A DNA stretch of 64,000 nucleotides from an uncultured virus (IMG/VR IMGVR_UViG_3300005764_000015) (taxonomy: Duplodnaviria > Heunggongvirae > Uroviricota > Caudoviricetes), in IMG/VR virus record IMGVR_UViG_3300005764_000015, positions 1 to 64,000 of that record; one strand, 5' to 3'. The position numbers and the translations under genes are program-made. Under the pieces are notes generated by a model. That model was not told the origin of the DNA. It made no database searches and worked only from the letters and a program-made list of their open reading frames with translations. Shown in pieces: positions 46,273 through 56,796 of this stretch; positions within the stretch are counted from its first letter, which is position 1; every line of letters begins with the position of its first letter.

Positions 46273-49200
46273 ATGCCGACTTATCCAAATGCAATACCTC
46301 GAAACACATGGGACAAGCATGGTGAGCGTGTCTCGATTCTCGATTATCTCGCTGACAAGGGCAACCCTACGGCAGCGTTCAACGCGGCAATCCAGCATGC
46401 ATCAAAAGTGCGCGGCGGGTGCTCGATTCAAATCCCGGTGGGCGAGTATGTGATCACGCAGCCGATCGTGGTGGATGTACCGAATATCGTGTTCCACGGC
46501 GAGGGTGAGAATTCGGTGGTGCAGAGGGATCTACACTTCCAGGGCGGCGATGCCATGTTTGTTATTAAGGCATCGAATATCACGTTCCGCGATTTTCTGG
46601 TTGACGGCAACATCACGAATCCGGATCATGTGGTAATTCAGGGTGGCAACTTTATCATCGATGGCTCATCTTATCCTTTAGACCCGATGATAGATCCGTT
46701 TACTTACAACAGCTCGTTTTGGGTCAAGTCAGATGCAGGGCCGGTGGATCAGGTTCGTTTCGAGCGGATTACGATTCAGCATACAGCGGGCTATGCCATC
46801 ATCTTCGATGCCCGGCACGAGTACCTTACGCACATGCGGGTCACGGATTGTCGATTCCTGAACAACCGGCCCCATCTATTCGGTGTGACCGCCAGCGACG
46901 TTGCCTACGGGGCGTGGACGGGCGGAATACTCATGGAGGGCGACGGTTCGTCCAATGCCTGCCATGACGTGCTGGTGCATGGCTGCTCGTTCATGCGCAT
47001 AGACGGCAACTGCGTGTGGTCGCACCTGTACGGCTTCAACCGCCTGCACAGCAACATCCGGATCAAGAACAACGATTTCCTCGACATAGGGCGAGACGGT
47101 GTGCTGATGGGCGGCATAGACGGCGGCGTGGTTGAAGGCAACACCATGCGGCGGATCGGCTACATCACGATAGATGATGATAATATGTCTGCCCCGAAAT
47201 GGTTGAGAGATCAGTGGGCCGTCGGCATAGATACCAGCGGGCTTACGGTCGGCGTGAACTATGTCAACAATGTGCTGACATCGTGTAACGGCGGGTATAT
47301 CGACTGCGACGGATATTCAAGCGGTACGATCGTCGGAAATAAGTGCCGGACGCCAGCACCAACCGATCCGGATTACGCAGCAGATCAAATCGGCGCGCCG
47401 GGATGGGGCGGCAGAGCAGCTGACGGGCAGTCGGACTGGGCTTACGGCATAAACTTCGGCAACACGAGCCATGCCGCGACCGGAGACAGAGGCGCACGCG
47501 GAGCCACGATCGTCGGCAATAATTTTCAGAATATGGGGCGAAATGCCATCGCCCTGTACGCTGCAAGAGACAGTTACGTATCCGACAATGATATCTATGT
47601 GCAGCCAGCGCCTTCGGCCAGCCCGATCGTGGTCGGCAATATCCTGTATCCTGATCCACCGGCAGACGATACGCGCGGCTTCAATAATGTAATCATCAAT
47701 AACCGCATTTACTGGAGCCCGACCATCTACGCCCCAGCGGTGCTCGAAGATGCGAACCTGAGCGGCTACGGCCAGAATTACGCTTCGGGCGAGGGGAATC
47801 AAATCCGTGCCAACGACCTGATCGGGACGACTTACAAGACGTACGAATTCATGAAGGACCCGTCGTCGACGAGCAGCACGGCACACCATTACGCCAGCAA
47901 CTTCGCATCAGCAACAGGAGACGCACGGCTGCAGCAGACCTCGACCCATTCCATCCGGCGGGAGGGCAGAGGAGATGATGGCACGAGCGTACTGCGCGTC
48001 TACAACGTAGATACGGGCACTGCCCAGCTGCACATGCAGCTGCAGGCTTACGCCCGGGTCGATATGACAGATCCGAGTCATCCTGTGCCTGTGAGGATGC
48101 CGTTGTTAAATGTCTCGCTGGGCGCGACAGCAGGGACCGGAAATATTTCCACGGGTAATAGAACGCAGGCCGGATTCGATGACTGCGTGCTGACGGGCAA
48201 AGTGTACGGCGATGCTTTGTGGTGCCTTGGATCAGCTACTTATCACGATGCAGATGCTGATTTACTCACAGCAGACGTGGGATTAATCCGGTACAAGACG
48301 GGGACGCCGAATAAGTTTCAGATGTCGGTGTCGGTAGATGGCAGTGGAAAACGCGTGTGGCAAGACTTCGGCGGCGGAGGAGGCGGAGGCAGCGTCGGCG
48401 GCACCGATAAATCCATCGTGTACAACATGAATGGTAATTCATGGGGCGATCAGAATTTACAGTGGGATTACGATCAGCAGGTAATGACGGTATACGGCAA
48501 GTCAGGGCAGCCCGGTATTCAGGCAATTAACTCCTATATCCGCGCCGACCAGGGCTTTATCGTCACGCAGCCAGCGTGGAATGCCTTCAATGGTGCATCT
48601 TCCGGTGCCGGAGCTTTTTTGGGTGCCGTGAGTGTGGCGCCGTATACTCCGCCAGCTACAACGCCGCCAGCACCGCCAGCGCCAGCACCGAATGGAGGTT
48701 ATATCGACTTAGCACAGCTCGGATATGCGAGTTACCCGCGGCCACTGGCCGGTGCTACGTTCGATAATACGCAAGTACTCATGTGGAACGCTGGCCAGAA
48801 TGACACGCCTACAGATGCCATAAATCACACTACCGGCCTGATGCTGAATACGTTCGTCAATGCAGCAGCAGGATTTGCCACGATGGCGACTACCTGGAAC
48901 GCGATCCAGGCTCCAGCAGGCGGCGTGTATGGCGAGTCGCTCGGCGCGAGCAAGTATACGCATATCGGAGTGCATGCGACAGATTTGGTACAGGGCGACC
49001 TGACGACGAGCGATTCGCTGACGCCAGGGACTATGTTCTGGAATTCGACGTTGAATCAGCTTAGAGTATATGATGGTAATAGCTGGTCTACTGTTGGAAC
49101 AGGCACGACGGGTGGAGGCGTACCGGGTGGCATAGATAAAAGCATTCAGTACAAGGTCGGAAGTAATTTCGGCGGTGATGCGAACTTACTCTGGGATTCG

Positions 49201-52200
49201 ACGCTTAGAGTGCAGACGATTTTGGGCGTAGCCGGGCAGCAGGGGCTGATCGTGGACAAGGGATACACGATGTCGAATGGCTACGTATCGACGCTTGATT
49301 CATGGTCAGCAATTAATACGATTGGGACGGGTTATGGCGGCGGTGCAGTAACTGCCGGATATGCAGTGGCACCGCATGGAAGCCGCGGTGGGTACATCGA
49401 CGCAGCTCCGCTTGCATCGCAGAACTTTCCGGTAGCGCTGCCGGGACTAAGTGCATTCGGTAGCAATGACGTGCTGATGTGGGTGTCTGGAGTAAATGGT
49501 ACGACGTCGGCTACGGCTCCACAGGGTGCATACGGCCTGATGTTGAACAGCTTTGTCAACGCTTACGGCGGGTTTGCCACAGCCAATACACAGTACAACA
49601 GCGTGCAGACAGCGGGCGGACTAAATGCCCGGTCGATGGCAGTTACGAGTTACGTGCAGGTCGGCCACGGAGCAACCACACCTACGCTGACAGCAGGCGA
49701 TACCTTCCAGGCAGGGGCACTGTACTGGAGTGATACGAATAAAATGTTGATGGCCTACGATGGCACTAAGTGGATATCGCTGGGCCTCGGCGGTACGGGC
49801 GGTGCTTTCGGCAGCATTCAGTACAACAAAGGTGGCGTGCTGACGGGTGATAATAATCTGGTCTGGAATGACACGGCACAGTCGATGGCCGTGGCAGGCA
49901 AGGCAGGGCAGGCTGCCATATCTGTGACTACAGGTTACGTGACGTCAGTGGGCGGCTTTGTCAGCACAGCAGATAGCTATAACGCCTTTCAGGGAGCAGC
50001 AACGGGTGGCGGTGCGTGGATGGCTGCTTACAGCACATCTGCTTTCAACAGCAAGGGAGCTTACTACAGCGTTTCAGCGCTGGGATATGGCAGCTTTCCG
50101 GTTGCCGTGACCAGCGCCTCGTTCGCCGCCACAGACGCGCTGCTGTGGGTATCAACTACGAACGGGACTACGACTCCGGTCACGACGGTAGCATTGAATA
50201 CGAATATAGCTGTTAACTCAGCTGTGGGCTTTGTTACCGGCAATGCCAGCTACAACAGCATTCAGGCGCCTGGCGGTGGCGTGTTAGCAAGATCACTGCA
50301 TGCAGACAAGTACATCGACGTCGGAAATAGCGCAGGACCGCCGACCAAGACGACGAATGCGAATTTCCGCGATGGCAATTTGTACTGGGATACGACACAG
50401 GGCAATTACCAATACTACAAAGCCGGTGCGTGGCAGGCATTTTCCGGCGCCGCAGCCGGAGTGGATAAGAGCATTCAATATAACAAGGCCGGCGCATTTG
50501 CCGGAGATACGTATCTTTATTACGATGACGCAGCCCATACATTTTTTGTTAACGCCACAGCAGCCAACAAGCCAGCAATAGCCGTGACCGGGTATATGCA
50601 GTCAACCGGCGGCTTTCTCACTACAGCGGTGGGCTACAATGTAATCCAAGCCAGCATGGCAGGCGGCGTCTACGCGGCAGCAACGACTGTAGCTCCAGAT
50701 CCAGGCAACACTGTCGGCGGTTACATGGCAGTGAAGGCACTGACTTACTCCGGCAACCAGCCAGTCGCATTGGCGGGATTTACCTTCGATGCCAACACGG
50801 CGTTGCTGTGGGCGGGAGGTGCCAACGGAGCAACAGCAATAGCGCTGGGCTTGAATACGAATGCATGGATAGATGCAGCAAGCGGACTCAGAACCAGTAA
50901 TGCCAGCTATAATGCCATTCAAGCATCATCGGGAGGTGTGTATGCACGTTCGCTGCACTCGCTGTACTATGTTGACATCGGGCAAAGCAGCGGTGCTCCG
51001 ACGGCAACGACCGGAGCCGCGTTCCGCGCAGGCAATATATATTGGGACACTTCCGGTACGCCTGGAATAAGAGTGCATAACGGTTCAGCGTGGGTGCCGC
51101 TGGTGCCTGCAACGTCCGTGCCCGGCGGTGCCAACAGAGCCGTGCAATACAACAGCAACGGCAGCTTTGGCGGAGATACAGCTAACTTCTATTGGGATAC
51201 TGCAGCGAAAGTGTTGTATCTGGTAGCTGCCGACGGCGCCAGCCCTGCCTTGGGCGCAACCGGGTATCTGCAAGCGAGTGGCGGCTTTGTCACTGCAGGA
51301 ACTAGCTATAACGTGATCCAAGCGCCTAGCGGCGGGTCGCTGGCACGACTGCACAAATCGACTTACTACACGCAGCTTGGAAATAATAACGGCGTGTCCG
51401 GCGGGACCGGCGGACCGGGCCTGATCGGCGGAGATCCGAGCTTCACAGCCGGAGCAATTTACTGGGATGTCGGCTATGCACAGCTTAGAGTCTACGATGG
51501 CACGACGTGGGGCCCGATCGTGGCGCCTTCATCGGGTATCGGAGGCGCACTGACCACTCCCAGAATTCCCTATGCGCTGAGTTCGAACACGCTGACAGAT
51601 ACGCCTAACCTGTTTTGGGAAGTGTCGACGAACGGGCTGAATACGACAGCACTGGGAGTGAACTCACCTACGCAAGCTTCGTGCGTGCGCATCAGCTACG
51701 GCCGTGTGGATAATGGCGGTTATATCACGGTGCCCGATGCGGCGAGCTTTTATACGTCTGCTGGATGCAGTTACAACGGCACTTCATGGGTAGCAAAAGC
51801 TTCATCTGGGACCATATTGGCAATGGTTGGCACGCAGATAGCCTGGTATCAGAGTGATAATAACCCGGTGAATGGGGCCTATGCCGTAACCGAGCGAATG
51901 ATCATGACCAACGCCGGAATAAAATTCCGGTTTACAGCTGGGAATGCCCTGCAGGTGCTGAATACAGCAGAAAATACGTGGGGCGGTGCAGTGTTCGGCT
52001 ATCTTGGGATTAATTGTCCTAGCCCGGTGTCAGCAGTTAGAATTTCCTACGGTGCCAGCAATAATGGGATGTTTCTGACTTCGACATCGCCATCGCAGGC
52101 GTTTGTGTCCGGTGGAGCCTACTATAACGGCTCTCAGTGGATTGCTACGGATACTTCATCGTCGGCTATACAATGGAACGCCGGGCAGATAGCCTTTTAT

Positions 52201-53157
52201 GCTCAGACTGGGCTTTCGGTCGGCGGTGCCTTCAATATATTTCAGCGCGGACTAATAGATACAGCTGGGAATTTTGTCTGGTATTCCAGTGTATATTGCG
52301 GATTGAAGTTGATCATACAGTCACCTGCGTATGTAGGCGGTGGCGTGATGCTTACCAATTATCAGAACAATGGCAATTATATGGTTCTGAGCATGGGGTA
52401 CGATGGCAGCAATAATCTTTACCTTGATAACCGCAGTTGGAACGACATTTACATCCGTCCTGGGGATAACCGATATGTCTTTATGGGTTCGGGCGCTGGT
52501 AACGACTTTGTGTGTCCGAATGGAGATAATAACGCGTCGCTTGGGCACCCGTCGTACCGCTGGAAGAATATCTACTGTGTAACTGGGCTTGTTGCCTCGC
52601 TTAATGGGGTAGCAGGCGCAGTGACTCTCGTTGCCGGAGCAAACATTACGATTACTCCTTCCGGCCAAAACATTACGATTGCAGCTACTGGTGGCGGTGG
52701 CGGTAGCTATACCGGAGGCACCGGCGTTACGGTATCCAATAATGTGATTTCGATTGGGCAGGCTGTAGGCGCTACTAACAGTGTGAATTTTGCTAACGTC
52801 ATAACGTCTAGCTATATACAGATTAACTACAATCCTGGCGGCACGAACTGGGGCCTCTATCTGCCATATACGTATGTGTATTCGAAGGGTGTAAACTCGA
52901 CAGATACCTCATGGAATGGCATACAGTCTGCTGGTGGTATTTCGGCGAGTTCAGGATTTTACGTGCCTTCGCAAGTTCAGGTGATTGACAGTGGCGGTGT
53001 TTTCGTAGGTAAGGGAGTAAGCTGTCAGAGCTACGGTGTAGGCTGCTCTGGTGTGAATGTTTATAGCAATGGCTGGTATTACGGATGGACTGGGTACTTC
53101 ACCGATGCTAATAACATCCTGCGGCATGTGGTCGGCGGCATCATTGTTACTGCTTGA
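46273..53157 (+). CDS. Tailspike/fibre: N-terminal pectin-lyase-like beta-helix plus repeated modules
   Basis: TAAFNAAI...IPVGEYVI...FHGEG; parallel beta-helix repeats; five G..KS(I/V)QYN-type modules. Confidence 0.8.
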   Translation: MPTYPNAIPRNTWDKHGERVSILDYLADKGNPTAAFNAAIQHASKVRGGCSIQIPVGEYVITQPIVVDVPNIVFHGEGENSVVQRDLHFQGGDAMFVIKASNITFRDFLVDGNITNPDHVVIQGGNFIIDGSSYPLDPMIDPFTYNSSFWVKSDAGPVDQVRFERITIQHTAGYAIIFDARHEYLTHMRVTDCRFLNNRPHLFGVTASDVAYGAWTGGILMEGDGSSNACHDVLVHGCSFMRIDGNCVWSHLYGFNRLHSNIRIKNNDFLDIGRDGVLMGGIDGGVVEGNTMRRIGYITIDDDNMSAPKWLRDQWAVGIDTSGLTVGVNYVNNVLTSCNGGYIDCDGYSSGTIVGNKCRTPAPTDPDYAADQIGAPGWGGRAADGQSDWAYGINFGNTSHAATGDRGARGATIVGNNFQNMGRNAIALYAARDSYVSDNDIYVQPAPSASPIVVGNILYPDPPADDTRGFNNVIINNRIYWSPTIYAPAVLEDANLSGYGQNYASGEGNQIRANDLIGTTYKTYEFMKDPSSTSSTAHHYASNFASATGDARLQQTSTHSIRREGRGDDGTSVLRVYNVDTGTAQLHMQLQAYARVDMTDPSHPVPVRMPLLNVSLGATAGTGNISTGNRTQAGFDDCVLTGKVYGDALWCLGSATYHDADADLLTADVGLIRYKTGTPNKFQMSVSVDGSGKRVWQDFGGGGGGGSVGGTDKSIVYNMNGNSWGDQNLQWDYDQQVMTVYGKSGQPGIQAINSYIRADQGFIVTQPAWNAFNGASSGAGAFLGAVSVAPYTPPATTPPAPPAPAPNGGYIDLAQLGYASYPRPLAGATFDNTQVLMWNAGQNDTPTDAINHTTGLMLNTFVNAAAGFATMATTWNAIQAPAGGVYGESLGASKYTHIGVHATDLVQGDLTTSDSLTPGTMFWNSTLNQLRVYDGNSWSTVGTGTTGGGVPGGIDKSIQYKVGSNFGGDANLLWDSTLRVQTILGVAGQQGLIVDKGYTMSNGYVSTLDSWSAINTIGTGYGGGAVTAGYAVAPHGSRGGYIDAAPLASQNFPVALPGLSAFGSNDVLMWVSGVNGTTSATAPQGAYGLMLNSFVNAYGGFATANTQYNSVQTAGGLNARSMAVTSYVQVGHGATTPTLTAGDTFQAGALYWSDTNKMLMAYDGTKWISLGLGGTGGAFGSIQYNKGGVLTGDNNLVWNDTAQSMAVAGKAGQAAISVTTGYVTSVGGFVSTADSYNAFQGAATGGGAWMAAYSTSAFNSKGAYYSVSALGYGSFPVAVTSASFAATDALLWVSTTNGTTTPVTTVALNTNIAVNSAVGFVTGNASYNSIQAPGGGVLARSLHADKYIDVGNSAGPPTKTTNANFRDGNLYWDTTQGNYQYYKAGAWQAFSGAAAGVDKSIQYNKAGAFAGDTYLYYDDAAHTFFVNATAANKPAIAVTGYMQSTGGFLTTAVGYNVIQASMAGGVYAAATTVAPDPGNTVGGYMAVKALTYSGNQPVALAGFTFDANTALLWAGGANGATAIALGLNTNAWIDAASGLRTSNASYNAIQASSGGVYARSLHSLYYVDIGQSSGAPTATTGAAFRAGNIYWDTSGTPGIRVHNGSAWVPLVPATSVPGGANRAVQYNSNGSFGGDTANFYWDTAAKVLYLVAADGASPALGATGYLQASGGFVTAGTSYNVIQAPSGGSLARLHKSTYYTQLGNNNGVSGGTGGPGLIGGDPSFTAGAIYWDVGYAQLRVYDGTTWGPIVAPSSGIGGALTTPRIPYALSSNTLTDTPNLFWEVSTNGLNTTALGVNSPTQASCVRISYGRVDNGGYITVPDAASFYTSAGCSYNGTSWVAKASSGTILAMVGTQIAWYQSDNNPVNGAYAVTERMIMTNAGIKFRFTAGNALQVLNTAENTWGGAVFGYLGINCPSPVSAVRISYGASNNGMFLTSTSPSQAFVSGGAYYNGSQWIATDTSSSAIQWNAGQIAFYAQTGLSVGGAFNIFQRGLIDTAGNFVWYSSVYCGLKLIIQSPAYVGGGVMLTNYQNNGNYMVLSMGYDGSNNLYLDNRSWNDIYIRPGDNRYVFMGSGAGNDFVCPNGDNNASLGHPSYRWKNIYCVTGLVASLNGVAGAVTLVAGANITITPSGQNITIAATGGGGGSYTGGTGVTVSNNVISIGQAVGATNSVNFANVITSSYIQINYNPGGTNWGLYLPYTYVYSKGVNSTDTSWNGIQSAGGISASSGFYVPSQVQVIDSGGVFVGKGVSCQSYGVGCSGVNVYSNGWYYGWTGYFTDANNILRHVVGGIIVTA

Positions 53158-53191
53158 TTCGTTATCATTAGGAAGGTGAGGAGGCTAGAAT

Positions 53192-53578
53192 ATGGCAGCG
53201 ATATTGAGAATGACCGTACAGCAGCGGTTGAACTTGGAAGGCATGCTTCGCCAGCAGAAGTCAGAGGACGGCGAGGCACTGATGACCAGTTACGAGCTGC
53301 TAAAGAAAATCCGTATCCCGACTGAAGACCGTGTGCTGTACATGCGTGAGATACAGACACCGCAAGGACCAGCGACAGAGTTCTTTAACAGAACAATCAA
53401 TGCCGCGCCTTCGACCGATATCGAGTTAGAATCTGCAGAGATTCGAAGACTAGAGGGCACGCTCAAAGATTGGAAAAATTATTCGCCAGAAGATGTCGAA
53501 TGGTTGATCGACTTAAAGAAGCAGCTATCCGCCGTCAACAATGGCACTGCCGCGGCAAAGAAAAAGTCAGCCAACTAG
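53192..53578 (+). CDS. Putative fibre chaperone (paralogue of 31255..31641)
   Basis: GAGGAGG RBS; follows the second fibre gene. Confidence 0.6.
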   Translation: MAAILRMTVQQRLNLEGMLRQQKSEDGEALMTSYELLKKIRIPTEDRVLYMREIQTPQGPATEFFNRTINAAPSTDIELESAEIRRLEGTLKDWKNYSPEDVEWLIDLKKQLSAVNNGTAAAKKKSAN

Positions 53579-53579
53579 T

Positions 53580-55091
53580 ATGCCGATAGAAGTGGTGCTG
53601 ACCAATCGGTACGCCTATGTCACGGAAGCCACCGACGCCGACTACGAAGCTATCTCCAAGTTTTGGAGCTTCTATCCGCCGGGTTACAGATTCTCACCGA
53701 AGTATCTGTACGGCAAATGGGACGGGCGCATCACCATGCTTAAGGAAGGCAAGGTGCCTGCGGGCCTGTTTCGCGCCACAAGAAAAGACGCTGTGAAAGA
53801 CTTGGGCGTTACGTTCAAGGTCCGCATCGACTTACCGAAGGTGAATGGCTACCACGCGCCAGAGGCATCACTCGACGAGAAGTACAGATACCAGGAAGAA
53901 GCAGTGCTGAACATGCTTGACAACGTGCCGAGGGGCGGCGGGATAATCCTGTCGGCTACCGGCACCGGAAAGACAGCCGTAGCCGGGAAGTTTTTCAAGT
54001 GCCTGAAAGAGCACTGCCTCTTTGTGGTCGACGAGCTTGGGCTGCTATACCAGTCGCAGAAAGAAATCGAGCAGTGGGCAGGCGAGCCGGTGGGCTTGGT
54101 GGGCAACAGCAAATACGAGCCACAGCGGCTGACGGTGGCCACTATCCAGACGCTGCACAAGCACCGCGATGACTTAGAATTCAGAAGATGGTTCCGGAAG
54201 GTGAAGATCGTGATCGTCGACGAGCTGCACGAGCAGCTGTCGCGTCGCAACTTCAAGATCCTAGAAACGATCAAGCCGATAGCGTGCTACGGTCTAACTG
54301 CCACGCTGCAGCTTAGAAGAAAAGAAATCAGAACGAAGGCTTACAGCTTTGCCGGGCCAGTAATTTATGAGTTCCCGCTGCAGAAGGGCATAGAGCAAGG
54401 AGTGCTTACCAACGGACGAATGCTGCAGCTGATTTTCGAATACGAGCCTATCCCGGAAGAGGACTATCAGCAGTCCTACGAAGTGCAGGTGTGGGACAAC
54501 GAAACGAAGCTAGCAGCAGCGCAGAAAGTAATCCGCTACCTCATCAAGCAGGGCCACTACGTGATTGCGTTGGTACACAGGCCCGTACACGTCAAAGCCC
54601 TGCACGCGATGCTGCTAGACGTGCCCCATCGTCTTGCATACGGTGCCATAGATCCGCATAGCCGGGTCCGGTCACGCAGGAAATTCGACAAGGGTGACCT
54701 GCAACTGATCATAGCCAACAAAGTGTTCAAGAAGGGTATTAACGTTAGACGTGTCGATGTGATGATAGACATGGCCGAACTCAAGTCCAAGAACGATGCC
54801 TGTCAAAAATTTGGGCGGGGAGTACGGCTGCATCCCAGCAAGACGGAGCTGCTATACTTGGACTTCGGCACAGACGGTGAAAACCGATACAGCAAAGCAG
54901 CCAAATCGAGAGCCAGAGCCATCAAGGCGATGGGGATCAAAGTCAGAAAAGTACGCGTAGATGATCCGGCCTCAGCACTAGCAGCAGTGAAGGCCGAGTT
55001 GGAGATGATGGAGCGGAAGCAATGCCCCAAAGCGACCGTGCAGCTAAGCATGTTCAAGAAGGCGGGGAAGCGTTCGAGTCGGGCGAGCTGA
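53580..55091 (+). CDS. Superfamily 2 DNA helicase (UvsW/XPB-like)
   Basis: SATGTGKT, DELH, GLTAT, QKFGRGVR. Confidence 0.9.
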   Translation: MPIEVVLTNRYAYVTEATDADYEAISKFWSFYPPGYRFSPKYLYGKWDGRITMLKEGKVPAGLFRATRKDAVKDLGVTFKVRIDLPKVNGYHAPEASLDEKYRYQEEAVLNMLDNVPRGGGIILSATGTGKTAVAGKFFKCLKEHCLFVVDELGLLYQSQKEIEQWAGEPVGLVGNSKYEPQRLTVATIQTLHKHRDDLEFRRWFRKVKIVIVDELHEQLSRRNFKILETIKPIACYGLTATLQLRRKEIRTKAYSFAGPVIYEFPLQKGIEQGVLTNGRMLQLIFEYEPIPEEDYQQSYEVQVWDNETKLAAAQKVIRYLIKQGHYVIALVHRPVHVKALHAMLLDVPHRLAYGAIDPHSRVRSRRKFDKGDLQLIIANKVFKKGINVRRVDVMIDMAELKSKNDACQKFGRGVRLHPSKTELLYLDFGTDGENRYSKAAKSRARAIKAMGIKVRKVRVDDPASALAAVKAELEMMERKQCPKATVQLSMFKKAGKRSSRAS

Positions 55092-55612
55092 TCAAGGCCA
55101 AGCTCGATCATGCTATCCGGTACATAGCCACAAAGAGCACGCACGCCACACTCCACGGTCGCCTATCTTCAGATGAGCAACACGCAGTAAGGCTGTTAAA
55201 ATCCCGTCAGCGTATGATTGACCGGGAATGGCATGCCGTATTCGGGAATGGGAAAATGAAGATCAACGCAGTAGCAGAACTAAAGCTTTCCAAGCCAGAT
55301 GACGGGACTCTGTTCCGGCTTGGCGAGAAGTGGCATTCGCGCGGCCGACTAGACTGCAAAGCCTGTGCCACGACTATGTTGGAAGACCTACCGATTCCGG
55401 TGCCGGTTTCCCGGATCTGCCCCAAGTGCAAAGACGGCGTAGAACACGCCTACGATGTGCAAGAATTAAAGCCTTTACCCGAGGGTATTGTCCTAGGGGA
55501 CGGGGACGTCGTAACGACGGTGCCTGAGGGAGGAAACAAGCCCATGAAAGTGGTTGTAACCCGGTACTTCCACTGCGACGGGTGCAACAGCCGGGATCAG
55601 GTGGTGTTATGA
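55022..55612 (+). CDS. Hypothetical Cys-motif protein
   Basis: CKAC, CPKC, CDGC. Confidence 0.6.
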   Translation: MPQSDRAAKHVQEGGEAFESGELIKAKLDHAIRYIATKSTHATLHGRLSSDEQHAVRLLKSRQRMIDREWHAVFGNGKMKINAVAELKLSKPDDGTLFRLGEKWHSRGRLDCKACATTMLEDLPIPVPVSRICPKCKDGVEHAYDVQELKPLPEGIVLGDGDVVTTVPEGGNKPMKVVVTRYFHCDGCNSRDQVVL

Positions 55613-56010
55613 TAGCCGTAATGCTGTTTTGTACTTTTGCCGTCGTCCTGTTAATTGCTTTCGGGTCGAACGTGACGAGGATACAGAACCTGGAAAAGAA
55701 TGCCTTGAACATGCAGCAGCAGGCGCAAGCCAGGATAGCAGCGTTGGAAGCAGAGCTTATGCAAGCCCGGCAAGGCCTGATGCAGTCGCTCGAAGCACGG
55801 TTGGACCAGCAAAAGAAATTGACCGCTGCACTAGAAAAGATCGAGACCATGCAGCACGGCAGACTGTTCGACCAGACATTGGCAAAGAGCGCATTGGAGC
55901 GCGGCGACCGCTTCCGGGGCGTGTTGGAAGCAGTGCTGAAAGCGCAGGGAGTAGACGAAGATAAAATCGCGACTCTGGTCGAAGTAGCCGAAGAGGAACC
56001 GGAAAGCTAG
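55609..56010 (+). CDS. Membrane-anchored coiled-coil protein
   Basis: N-terminal hydrophobic helix followed by heptads. Confidence 0.65.
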   Translation: MIAVMLFCTFAVVLLIAFGSNVTRIQNLEKNALNMQQQAQARIAALEAELMQARQGLMQSLEARLDQQKKLTAALEKIETMQHGRLFDQTLAKSALERGDRFRGVLEAVLKAQGVDEDKIATLVEVAEEEPES

Positions 56011-56213
56011 CTTCCGATTTCATCCTCTCTGAAAGAGAGTCATAGCTACCGCATAGCCATAATGATAGCCGTGATCATAGCCATAGCAGTAGCAAGCGAA
56101 AAGATATTCCTAATATACGTATTACGAGAAATTCCCGGCGCATGCGGGACCGACATCGAACCTTTCCAAAACGCCTGGGATACAGCTTCCAGCCGCATAC
56201 GTTACCATACAGC

Positions 56214-56792
56214 ATGACCGGATCGGGCAGTAGCAGAATGTCGGAAATGTGGGGCGCGGCCAATGCCATAATGACAGAAGTGGAAAATTGGCTGCTCTCC
56301 AGAGAGCGCAAGCAACTGAGGCTGAATTTCCGGGTGCTCGACCAGGCACGGCTGCTCAAGTTACGCGTATGGGAGCAGAGATACTGCGTCGGAATACCGG
56401 AAATACTCGATCTGATCATGCCGATCCTCCGCGCCCAGGTAAAGAGGATCAGAAAAAGCGGCGGCCTGGGCATCACGGTCGCAGCCATGACGGGTGACGG
56501 GGCGGAAAAGATCCTCGTGCAGGAACTGAAAAAGAAATACCCCGACGGCGAGAACGTGACAGTGCTCAGAGAGCGCATGAGAGAGCAGCAGCTGCAGGCC
56601 GAAGAAGAAGCGGACAACGACGGAATGAGGACGAGGGACCGCAGCGTGCGATCCGTGCTAGATTCGATCAGCATCGGGGACTTTGCCAAAGCCTACTCCA
56701 GCAGCATCATACGAAAGCGCATGCGCGTGCAGTCGGAACTGAACAACCCGGTGCGTAGAAGAAAAGCCTATCGAGGCAATTGTTGGAGATGA
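56214..56792 (+). CDS. Hypothetical protein upstream of the helicase/primase block (start uncertain)
   Basis: TACCAT -10-like hexamer 5 nt before ATG 56214; basic C-terminus. Confidence 0.6.
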   Translation: MTGSGSSRMSEMWGAANAIMTEVENWLLSRERKQLRLNFRVLDQARLLKLRVWEQRYCVGIPEILDLIMPILRAQVKRIRKSGGLGITVAAMTGDGAEKILVQELKKKYPDGENVTVLRERMREQQLQAEEEADNDGMRTRDRSVRSVLDSISIGDFAKAYSSSIIRKRMRVQSELNNPVRRRKAYRGNCWR

Positions 56793-56796
56793 TTCA

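Noticed and set aside
55609..56010. Possible spanin or lysis gene
   Set aside because: No neighbouring endolysin, holin or lipoprotein partner; lies in a replication context.
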